A stretch of 64,000 bases of DNA from an uncultured Planctomycetota bacterium (GTDB lineage Bacteria > Planctomycetota > Planctomycetia > Isosphaerales > Isosphaeraceae): NCBI GenBank assembly GCA_963823665.1, contig CAWGMQ010000010.1:704001-768000 (forward strand), written 5' to 3'. A model generated the notes under the pieces. The model did no database searches. It had not been told where the DNA came from and saw only the letters and a program-made list of their open reading frames with translations. The position numbers were made by a program, and so were the translations under genes. Shown one piece after another: positions 41,635 to 56,370 of this stretch (positions are counted from its first letter, which is position 1; the number at the start of each line of letters is the position of its first letter).

Positions 41635-42654
41635 ATGGGCTGGACGTCTTTTGATACCACGAAGGCTTGGCTCGTGGGCAACATGAAGAGAAGGTTCGAG
41701 AGCCGGCGAGGGACCGCGGCTCGCCCCCCAGACTTGAAGTTCGTCAGTGAAGTGCTGCGCGAGCTGCTTCCCGCGAAGCAGTTCGAGGCGATCTGGAAGA
41801 GGGTCGAGGATTGGGATCGTCGCGCGCAGCCGTGCGAACTGGCGGATGATATCTTCACCTACTTGATTGTTGGCGAAGCCAAGCGCTTCGAACACATCAA
41901 GGGTATCCGAGATCGTTCCTTTGCCGAATATCAGCGGGAAGTGGCTTCACGCGGAGACGACGAGGCCTACAGACTCGCGGCGCGGCTGGTCACGGGACTT
42001 GACGAGCTTTGTCTCCCTGGGCGCGGGTGCACTGCCCCGGCGGAAGGGGCACCTGCTCCAGGCTCAGGGGCGATCGATGTGACGAACAGCCCGGGGTGGC
42101 TCGTGCAACAGCTCGAGTCGACCGCGCCGGGGTGCGAGTGGCTGCTCAGGGCGTGGGCGCAGGTTCGCGAGTGCTTGCAGGAGTCGCGTTTGTGGTGGTT
42201 CAACGAAGGCAGCTTCAGGGTAATCCGGCTGCTGGGTAAAGAGCCGCGCGACGCGCTCGAAGGGACTCTGGTCGCCGAGATCTTTCTGGCGAGCCACGCG
42301 GTCGATCGGTGCAGCAGGAACCCGTTCTCGTTGCTGCGGGGCCAAGCGAGCCTCGACGAGGTGAATGACCTGCTGCGGCGGCTAGGGCCGCGCGTGAAAT
42401 CGTCCGTCGATACAAGCGACAAAGAGCAGGGGCGCCAAACGCTGCTTGCAATCGTGGAGCAGGCGATCGCCCGGCTCCAGGCGAGAGCCAGAGAGCACGT
42501 CGAACGTGCAAGCGGCGATGAGGCGACGATCGCAGTCCAGCGCGCGTTCGATGCCTCGCCCCGGGGGCAAGACGTCGAGGAATGCAAGCGCCGCGTTAAA
42601 GAGCGCGTCAAACACACAATCGCTACAATGCGGCAGCTCGGGGGTAAAAAATGA
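41635..42654 (+). CDS. hypothetical protein
   Basis: 339-aa ORF; its 3' part is duplicated at 46104-46510. Confidence 0.6.
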   Translation: MGWTSFDTTKAWLVGNMKRRFESRRGTAARPPDLKFVSEVLRELLPAKQFEAIWKRVEDWDRRAQPCELADDIFTYLIVGEAKRFEHIKGIRDRSFAEYQREVASRGDDEAYRLAARLVTGLDELCLPGRGCTAPAEGAPAPGSGAIDVTNSPGWLVQQLESTAPGCEWLLRAWAQVRECLQESRLWWFNEGSFRVIRLLGKEPRDALEGTLVAEIFLASHAVDRCSRNPFSLLRGQASLDEVNDLLRRLGPRVKSSVDTSDKEQGRQTLLAIVEQAIARLQARAREHVERASGDEATIAVQRAFDASPRGQDVEECKRRVKERVKHTIATMRQLGGKK

Positions 42655-42700
42655 CGCAGATGACCGGGGCAGCATTTGTTATGCGCGTGGTTCGGGTGGG
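42304..42700 (+). repeat. ~400-bp imperfect direct repeat, copy 1
   Basis: Colinear with 46104-46510 (offset 3800) and ends in GGGGGTAAAAAATGACGCAGATGAC. Confidence 0.9.
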
Positions 42701-42806
42701 ACATTCTTGAGATAATCCTACCGATCAGGCGCTCACCGGCTGCAAACCCCCGGCGGCGGGGGCCGTTCGCCGATCCGTCGCGCCGGGCTTCCGGGAGGCC
42801 CGCCTC

Positions 42807-45800
42807 ATGGCTGCCGTCGCCGCGGATCGAGAGCTGCTGTTCGGACTTCTGGCCCTCCAGAACGGGATCATCAACCAGGGGCAACTCCTGGCCGCCTTCC
42901 AGGCGTGGACCCTCGAGAGATCGAAGGGCCTGGCCGACCATCTCGTGGCACTCGGGCATTTAACCCCCGCGCGGCGGCCGATCGTCGAAGCGATGGCGGC
43001 ACTCCACCTGGAAGCCCACGGCGGCGATGTCGAGAAGAGCCTGGCCGCCGTCCCGTCAAACAGGGGGACCCGCGATGGGCTGGCGAGCCTCAAGGAGCCC
43101 CAGATCGAGGCGACGCTGACCCGCGTCGGCCGCATCTGCTTTGATCAAGCGACCGATCGCGACGGGCAAGACAGCAATGCCGACAGCACGGTCGGCCTCT
43201 CGCTGGGTGCTTCGACCAGCGACGGCCAGCGGTTTCGCGTGCTCCGGCCGCACGCCCGCGGCGGGCTGGGCGAGGTCTTCGTCGCGCTCGATTCCGAGCT
43301 CAATCGCGAGGTCGCGCTCAAGCACATCCTCGAGAGGCACGCCGACGATCCGTTCAGCCGCAAGCGGTTCGTCGCCGAGGCCGAGATCACCGGCAGCCTG
43401 GAACATCCCGGGGTCGTGCCCGTGTACGGGCTGGGCACGTACGCCGACGGCCGGCCCTACTACGCCATGCGGTTCATCCGCTGCGACAGTCTCAAGGAAG
43501 CGATCGGCCGCTATCACGGCGATGAAACCCTCAAGAACGATCCCGGCAAGCGCTCGCTGGCCCTGCGCAAGCTGCTGCGCCGGTTCCTGGACGTCTGCAA
43601 CGCCGTCGACTACTCGCACAGCCGCGGCGTCATCCACCGTGACATCAAGCCGGCCAACATCATCCTGGGCCAGCACGGCGAGACGCTGGTCGTCGATTGG
43701 GGGCTGGCCAAATCGGTCGGGCGGGCCGATCCGACCGTCGGCGAGCAGACGATTGCTCCGTCCTCCTCGGGCCGGTCGTCGGAGACCCTTCCCGGAAGTG
43801 TCCTGGGAACGCCGGCCTACATGAGCCCCGAGCAGGCCGCCGGCGTGCTGGAGAAGCTCGGCCCGCGGTCCGACGTCTATAGCCTGGGCGCCACGCTCTA
43901 TTGCCTTCTGACCGGCAAGCCGCCGTTCGAGAATGAAGACCTTGGCGCCATGCTCCGCGCCGTGCAGGCCGGCGATTTCGCCCGGCCGGCGGAGCGCGGC
44001 CCGGCGCCGACCGGGCGCTCGAGGCCATCTGCCTGAAGGCCATGGCGCTGGAGCCGCAGGACCGCTACCCGACCGCGCGGGCCCTGGCAGACGACCTGGA
44101 GCGGTGGATGGCCGACGAGCCGGTCTCGGCCTGGCGTGAGCCGCTCTCGCGGCGATTGCGGCGGTGGTCGCGGCGGAACCGCACGGCCGTGACCGCCGCG
44201 GTCGTGGCGTTGCTTGCGGCGCTGGCGGGCCTGGGGGCCGTGGCCGCCGTGCAGGCGAAGGCCAACGGCGAATTGTATGCGCTCACCGGCCGGCTGGAGC
44301 GAGCCAACGCCGAGTTGTTCGACGAGAAGTCCCGCGTGCAAGAGCGGTTCGACGTGGCGATGGACGCGATCCGGACCTTCCACACGGGCGTGAGCGAGGA
44401 CTTCCTGCTCAGGGAGGAGCAATTCAAGGGCCTGCGCGACAAGCTCCTGAAGTCGGCGGCCGACTTCTACGGCAAGCTGGGCGGGCTTCTGAAGCAGCAG
44501 ACCGACCTCGCGTCGCGGCGGGCACTGGCGCAGGCCGAGTTCGAGCTGGCCGAGCTGACGGCGAAGGTCGGCGACTCGAAGCAGGCGCTGGATCGGCACC
44601 GCGAGGCGCTCTCGCTGCGCGAGGCGCTGGCTGCCGAGCCGCGGGCCGACGCCGAGACGCAGGCCGAGGCGGCGCGGAGCGTACTGGCGGTGGGGCGGGC
44701 AGAGCGCGTCATCGGCAAGACGACCGAGGCCGAGGCATCCTTCCGGTCGGCCCACGAGCGGCTGGCAAAACTCGTGGAGGCAGATCCCGGAGCCGATGAC
44801 CACCGCGCCGAGCTGGCATCGGTTGTGTGGCACCTGGGATCCTTGTTGAGGGATAACGGGCGGTATCCCGAGGCGCTGGCCTGGCTGGAGCGATCGCGCA
44901 ACGCGCGGGAGGCGCTTGCCGCGGCCGAGCCCTCAAATGCGCTCCGGCAGCTCGAGCTGGCAAGAAGCCTCCGCATCCTGGCCGATACGTTGGGCGGGCT
45001 CGGTCGGATGTCGGAATCGCTGGAATCCGGCCGTCGCGCCGTGGCGATCCTCGAGCGGCTGGTCGCGGCCGACCCTGCCGCGACCGAAACTCGCTTCGAG
45101 CTGTGTGCGAGCCAGTACACCGTGGGACAGCGACTGGGCATTGTGGGGCAGACCGCGGCGGCGCTGGAAACGTACGGGCGCATGCGAGAGAACGCGCGCC
45201 GCCTGGTGGAGGACAACCCTGCGGTCGCCTCGTTCCAGTATGCCCTGGCGAGGGCCTATCACGGCACCGGAAACTACCTCCACTCGGCCGGCCGGGAGGC
45301 GGAGGCCGTGGAGGCGCTCGGTCACGCGCTGGAGGTGTTTCGGAAGCTCGTCCGCGACCACCCGTCGGTCTATGATTATTGCCGGCGTCTGGCCGATATG
45401 TACGCCAACGTCGGCGAGTCCCTGGCCAACTTGGGCCGGCCGGTCGAGGGGCTGGAGTCGGCCCGCGAGGGCCTCAAGGTCGCACGCGAGCTGTTGGCCT
45501 CAAACCCGGAGATGACCAACTCCCGCTACTGTCTGGGCCACGCCCTCAATGGGGTGGGGCGGGCCGAGGCGCGGCTGGGCCGCCGCGCCGAGGCGGCGGC
45601 TACGTTCCGCGAGGCGATCGGAATCTATGAGGCCATCCCCGAGCCGGTGCGTAGTGCGGTCGTCCGCTACAACCTGGCATGCAGCCATTCCCAGCTCTCG
45701 GGCGTGCTGGCCGGTTCAAGCGCCGAGGGCGACGCGCTGCGCGGGCCGAGGCCGACCGGGCGATGGCGTCCCTGCGCGACGCAGTCGCCCACGGCTACCG

Positions 45801-45912
45801 TAACCTGCCCGGCCTGCGGACCGACCCCGACCTCAACGTTATCCGCCCCCGGCCCGACTTCCAGCTCCTGCTCCTTGACCTGTCCTTCCCCACCCAGCCG
45901 TTCGCGCCCTGA
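42807..45912 (+). CDS. Ser/Thr protein kinase with TPR repeats; frameshifts at ~44000 and ~45745
   Basis: LLFGLLALQNG, HARGGLGEV, HRDIKPAN, DWGLAK, GTPAYMSPEQ, TPRs, C-terminal YNLAC...DPDL...RPDFQLLLLDLSFPTQPF. Confidence 0.9.
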
Positions 45913-46103
45913 GCGGCAAGCCCGGAGTTTGTGGATCGGCCGATTCTCATGGCGAGCATTTTCGATGCACACCGCGGGCCGTCGGCCCCGATCCGTTCGC
46001 CGCTGGGATCCGACGCCTCGTCCGTCGACCCCGCACGCCGTTCCCAAGCGAATACCGCCCTCAGGCCTCGGTCGAAAAGGACAGGCATCGCCCCGTTGAC
46101 ACG

Positions 46104-46510
46104 GATCGCCTGGGCAGGAACCCGTTCTCGGCGCTTCGGGGCAGAGTGAGCCTTGACGAGGTGAATGACTTGCTTCTGCGGCTGGGCCCGCGCGTGAAAT
46201 CGTCGGTCGAGACCCGCGATGAGGAGGAGCGGCGTCAAACGCTGCTTGCAATCGTGGAGCAAACGATCGTCCGGCTCCAGGCGAGAGCTAGAGAGCACGT
46301 CGAACGCGCGAACGGCGATGAGGCGAGGATCGCAGTTGGGCGAGCGTTCGATGCGTCGCCCCGGGGGCAAGACTTCGAGCAATACAAGCGCCGCGTTAAA
46401 GAACGCATCAAACTCACGATCGCTACAATGCGGAAGTTCGGGGGTAAAAAATGACGCAGATGACGCAGATGACGCAGGTCAGCATCTCTTATGCGCGGGA
46501 TTCGGGGGGC
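46104..46510 (+). repeat. ~400-bp imperfect direct repeat, copy 2 (3' gene fragment)
   Basis: Encodes SLDEVNDLLLRLGPRVKSSV...TIATMRKFGGKK and is followed by three ATGACGCAG units. Confidence 0.9.
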
Positions 46511-46671
46511 GGGGTAAGGTTGGACCGTTGTGATTCGCTCGCGCTCGCCAGACAATAGAACGGAGGCAGGAACCGCGTTTCGACCGATCGCGATGGCGGC
46601 GAGACGGTCTTCCGTGAATGACGGTGCGAGCACGCGCGGTACAGGGGCCGCGCCGACAGGTCCAGACCCGT

Positions 46672-48971
46672 ATGTCCAATCGCCGCATCTTCGTCAGCGC
46701 CACAAATCGAGAACCTCGCGAGTTATCGTGACCTTGCGAGCAAGTCGCTTCGCAAGCGCGGTTATGACGTGGATGACCAGGCTGTATTCAGTCTGAGCTT
46801 TCTCCAGCTCATCCAGATGCTCGAGCAGCGAATTGAGCGGTGCGACGCGGTCGTTTGCCTGGTTGGTTTCGCCTACGGCGGCGAGCCATCAAATCGCCCG
46901 CCCGATCAACCCCGCCGCTCCTACGCCCAGTGGGAGTACCACCTCGCCCGCGAGCTTGATAAGCCCGTCTACCTTCTCATGGGCACAGGAGAACACGACG
47001 TTTGACGAGCCAAAGCCAAACATCACGCCAGAAAGCGGCGAGCTGCTCCAGCTCCAGCGTGACCATCGCGTCGAGCTTACTCGCGATCGCGACTGGCGCC
47101 CGTTCAACGGCGCCGATCAACTCCGCGCCGAGCTCGCCGAGCTTCGTTTCCCCTGGCCAGATTCGCCAGTCGCACACCAGCCCAACAATCTGCCGCTGGC
47201 CTCGATCGGCAAGCTTTTCAAAGGCCGCGACTCGTTCCTCGACGAGCTGCGCGAAAGGCTAGGAGTCGCCGGAGCCTCAGCCACAGCAATCGTGAACCGG
47301 CTGGCTGTTCACGGCCTGGGTGGTGTCGGCAAGACCCGCGCCGCGGTCGAATTTGCCTGGCGACATGCCGATGACTAAACCGCCTTGCTCTTCGTCTCGG
47401 CCCAGTCTCAGGCCGAGCTCCGGTCCAACCTGGCCAATCTTGTCGGTGTATTGGGGATGACCGGCGGCGAGACATCGGTCGAGAATCAATCGACCGCCAT
47501 CCTGGAGTGGCTCGATGCCCACCCCGGCTGGCTGCTGATCATCGACAACGTAGACACCGAAGAGGCGGCCCAGGCGGTCGAGGACCTGCTGACCAAACTC
47601 CGGTCCGGCCACACATTGATCACATCTCGAATCGGCAACTGGGGTGCCGGCGTCGAGCCGCTCGATCTGGACATCCTGGCCCGGTCCGACGCCGTGGCCT
47701 TCTTGATCGAGCGGACCCCGCACCGTCGCAGGACGAAGGACGATGGGACCATCGCCGCCGAGCTCGCCCGCGAGCTGGACGGCCTGGCCCTGATGCTGGA
47801 GCAGGCCGGCGCTAACATCGACAAGCTGCGCCTGTCATTCGCCGAGTATTTGGACCAATGGAAGGCGAAGCGCTCCGAAGTGCTCCGCTGGCACGACCCG
47901 CGCCTCATGAAGTATCCCGCCGGCGTGGCCGTTACCTGGGAAACCACGTTCGCCCAGTTGACAGATCGCGAGCGGCGGTTGCTCGACGTCCTCTCCTGGC
48001 TGGCCCCCGACCCGATCCCGCTCTTCCTGTTCGATGCCAAGCCACTCGTCGACGCCATCCCAGATATCCGCACGGCGCTGGCCGCCCTGGCAGGCTACTC
48101 GCTGGCGCGCTTCGACGCCTCGGGCAACGCGGTTCTGGTCCACTGCCTCGTGCAAGAGATCACCCGCGGCCGCATACCCGCGGCCGACCGAATCACCACG
48201 CTCCAGCTCTCCCTCGACGCAGTAAACGATGTCGCCGTGGGCAATCCTCAGGATTTCCGTACATGGCGGGTCTGGAAACCCCTGGCAGCCCACGGCGAGG
48301 CCGTGAGCCGGTATGGCGACACCGCGGGCCTCGCCAACCCCACCGCGTGGCTGATGGGCCAACTCGCTGGGTACTGGCTCTACTGCGGAGTGTACCGCCA
48401 GGCCGAGCCGCTGATGCGGCGAGCGCTGTCGATCGACGAGGCAAGCTTTGGCCCGGACCACCCCGACGTGGCCAGAGACCTCAACAATCTGGCGCAATTG
48501 CTGCAAGCCGCCAACCGCCTGTCCGAGGCCGAGCCGCTGATGCGTCGAGCGCTATCGATCGACGAGGCAAGCTTTGGCCCGGACCACCCCGACGTGGCCA
48601 GAGACCTCAACAACCTGGCGTCGTTGCTGCAAGCCACCAACCGCCTCTCCGAGGCCGAGCCACTGATGCGTCGCGCGCTTTCGATCGACGAGGCAAGCTA
48701 TGGCCCGGACCACCCCGATGTGGCCATCGACTTCAACAACCTGGCGCGACTGCTGCAAGCCACCAACCGCCCGTCCGAGGCCGAGCCCCTCTTCCGCCGC
48801 GCCGCCCAGATCCTGACCGATTTCACGCAGAAGACCCGCCACGAACATCCAAACCTTCAAGCTGTCATCAACAATTACCGTGCCTTCTTGGACGAGCAAG
48901 GACAGACGCCGGAACAAATCGATCAAGCCTTGGGCGAGCTGACCAGCTCACCCGACGCGAACGACTCCTGA
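46672..48971 (+). pseudogene. DUF4062-like effector + NB-ARC + TPR (NLR-like); frameshifts at ~46710 and ~46990 and an in-frame TAA at 47376
   Basis: RIFVSAT, CDAVVCLVGFAYG, SYAQWEY, NNLP, GLGGVGKT, WLLIIDNVD, LITSR, 42-aa TPRs. Confidence 0.8.
48401..48800 (+). repeat. three tandem 126-bp TPR-coding repeats
   Basis: AEPLMRRALSIDEASFGPDHPDVARDLNNLA repeated with near DNA identity. Confidence 0.9.
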
Positions 48972-49092
48972 CACCGTCAAGCTTTCCACCCGTTTTCACA
49001 CGGAAGAATGAATCGCCCATCCCCGGGTCTTTCCCGCGTTCAGCACGCCAGACGACGCTCCTGAAATGACACTCGACACGGATCGCGACGCC

Positions 49093-49430
49093 GTGACCAC
49101 GGTCGTGAGACCGTGGTTCAGACGGGGAACCCCCAGCCTCGCACGTCACTGCGACCGCGCTCGAAGATCGGGCTTACGCCCGAGGCTGGAGGACCTTCGT
49201 CCCGTACGAACCACGCACTGACGTGCGTTGTCACATGTTTTTTGCTCAACGCGTCGCTCGCGCCAGCGCGTAACGTGCCGGTGCACCGCTCGTCGGGTGC
49301 CCGCTTCCCGCAGTGGAACACCGCGCCGTGACCACGGTCGTGAGGCCTTGGTTCAGACGGGGAACCTCCAACATCGCGCGTGAGTGCGACCGTCGCGGCG
49401 AGTCTGGCTCACGCCCAAGACTGAAGGCTC
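49093..49430. repeat. cluster of dispersed intergenic repeats in both orientations (MITE/REP-like)
   Basis: GTGACCACGGTCGTGAG...GGTTCAGACGGGGAACC at ~49093 and ~49328; reverse-complement copy of the 24350-24412 sequence at ~49150-49215. Confidence 0.75.
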
Positions 49431-49559
49431 CCGAAGTCGAGCCGTCGTGACCTGCAAAGTCCAGCCGTGTCGTCATCGACACCAGAAGTCGCGTCCTGTA
49501 AAACGATGACAAGACGCAACCACCGATCGAATTCAAACGCAGGACGGAGGCCCCCCACC

Positions 49560-50624
49560 ATGACGCTCGACCCCAGAGGCTCCGGAGTTCAGCAGCAAGC
49601 ATCACTCAGCCGGCGGCAGGCACTGGCGTCAACCCTGGGCGCCACGGCGCTGGCCGCGTGGCCGGGCGCTTTCATCCGCCACGGCCGCGCACACAGAAGG
49701 GACCTTCGCGCCTGACCCGCTCAAAGCTTCGCCCAAGAGTTACCGGAACAGGAAATCGATCAATTTGTGGGCGTTTCCGTTTCCGGGGAGGATGAGCCTT
49801 CGCGAATGCTTGCAGCTTGCCAAGGACGCCGGATTCGAAGGAATCGAGCTCAACTACGACATGGAAACCGAGCTTTCGCCCAAGTCGGGTGCATCCGAGT
49901 TTCAAGCCGTACGCAAGATGGCCGAGGAAATCGGCATCGCGATTAGCGGCCTGTGCTCCTTCCTCTACTGGCCCTATTCGCTCACCGACAACGACGCCGC
50001 CCGCCGCGCTCGGGCGCTCGAGCTGGCGACGCTCATGCTCGACGCTGCGCACGAGCTGGGAACGGAGAACCTGCTGACGATCGCGGGCTCAACGTATATT
50101 CCCTGGCTGCCCGATCGCGAGCCGGTTCCGATCGGCGTCTGCGCCCAGCGGGCGCGCGAATCGATTGGCAAGCTCTTGCCCAGGGCCGAGAAGCTAGGCG
50201 TCTATCTGAACATCGAGAACATCGTGTTTAACGGCTACTTGACGACTCCCGACGAGTTGAACGCGTTCGTCGACAGTTTTGCCAGCAAGCACGTCCGGGT
50301 GCATTTTGACACAGGGAACGTGATGCTCTTTCAGTTTCCCGAACACTGGATTCCCATTCTGGGAGGGCGAATTCGGAACGTGCACTTCAAGGAGTTCTCG
50401 AAGAAGGGCACCGACCATACGCTCGAGTCGTTCCGGACGTTGCTCGACGGCACCACGAACTGGCCCGCGGTGATGGATGCGCTCGAAGCTGCCGGCTACG
50501 AGGGATATGTGACCTTCGAGTATTTTCACCCCTTTCTCCATTATCCCGAGGCGCTCGTCGAGCAGAGCTCGGATGCGCTTGATCGGATTCTCGGGCGCAA
50601 GCTTGCGCCAGGGTCCTCGGCTGA
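49560..50624 (+). CDS. Tat-exported sugar phosphate isomerase/epimerase (xylose isomerase-like TIM barrel); both ends frameshifted
   Basis: SRRQAL leader, GFEGIELN, LNIENIV, HFDTGN, VHFKEF, YVTFEYF. The ORF-track extension to 51411 overlaps otsB and is probably artefactual. Confidence 0.8.
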
Positions 50625-50632
50625 CGAATGGC

Positions 50633-51435
50633 TCAGGAAGACGGTTGCCGCGAAGAGAGTTTCTCCAGCAGCCATGCGAGAAACAGCTCCACGGCCGCCG
50701 GATCGGCGAGCTCGTATCGCGCCTGCGTTGCGCCTCATGGCCGACCTTGATCGTCACGCCTTCAGGCAGGCTGGCGAAGGCGTCCTCGTCGGTGCGGTCG
50801 TCGCCGACGAAGAACACGAGTCGATGATCAGGATCCTCAAGGTGCGAGGCGACCCAATTGACTGCTCTGCCTTTGTGCCAGAAGACACGCGGACGGATCT
50901 CCCAGACCCGCCGGCCGGGCAGGACGACAAAGCGAGCGGCCTGGCTCGCAACGACCTCGCGAACGACGTGCGCAACGTGATCCCATCGCTCAGGAGGTGT
51001 GTTGCGGTAGTGCACGCTAGCTGTGGGGCCCTTGTTTTCGACGAGAACACCGGGCACCTCCGACAAGAGTTCTTCGACGCGCAGGGCCAGCTCCCCCAGC
51101 GGTTCTATCGCTGCGCTGCCCGTCGGTTCTTCAAAGCTGAGACCGCGGCCGCAGATTTCCAGTCCGTGGTTGCCGGAATAAATGAGCTGCGGCAGGGCGA
51201 CCCGGCTGCGAGCGTCGGCGATGCTGCGTCCGCTCGCGATCATCACATCCACACGAGGCAAGCGACTCAGCTCGTCCAGAAGCGTACGCACTGTTTCGGC
51301 GAGGACGGCGTCGCCGGGGTGCGGGCGGATTGGCGTCAACGTGCCGTCGAAATCGAGTGCCAGGAGGATACTTCCGGCCCGATCGATCCGGCGGCCGATC
51401 TCCGGCAGTGATTCCATCAAGTTGGGTCGAGTCAT
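50633..51435 (-). CDS. otsB: trehalose-6-phosphate phosphatase; frameshift at ~50735
   Basis: LDFDGTL, ASGR, GNHGLE, ENKG..ASVHYR, HKGRAV, GDDRTDEDAF. Confidence 0.9.
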
Positions 51436-51474
51436 CCGTGTTCAGAATCCTCCGCGAAATCCGTCCGACGATCT

Positions 51475-54841
<3,367 letters not shown>

Positions 54842-54866
54842 GGCGGTTGTTCCGGCATCCTCCGTG

Positions 54867-56099
<1,233 letters not shown>

Positions 56100-56370
56100 G
56101 GTGTGCTCCCTGGCGTGCAAGAGGAATGTTCTTCACGCAGTTTAGCCGTCAAAAAGCCTTCAGACAACCGGGAATGCCTGATCGGTATTTTCGGCGCATG
56201 GGTGTGACCCATAGTGAACTGGTCTTGCAGGACTATAAGATAGAGGCCACTTCGCGCCTTGGGGAGCTTCGGTGGCTGACGAGAAAGTCGTTGACGACAA
56301 GGCTGTGCTCATTGCACTGGTGCACGAGGGCGGGTTGCATCGGGCGATACAACGAAGAGGGTTCAACGCG

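Noticed and set aside
48401..48800. Possible CRISPR or DGR template/variable repeats
   Set aside because: In-frame 126-bp TPR-coding repeats with no spacers, no adenine-specific variation and no reverse transcriptase in the window
50625..51411. Long C-terminal extension of the sugar isomerase ORF overlapping otsB
   Set aside because: Antisense shadow of otsB, probably caused by an indel near the true stop codon
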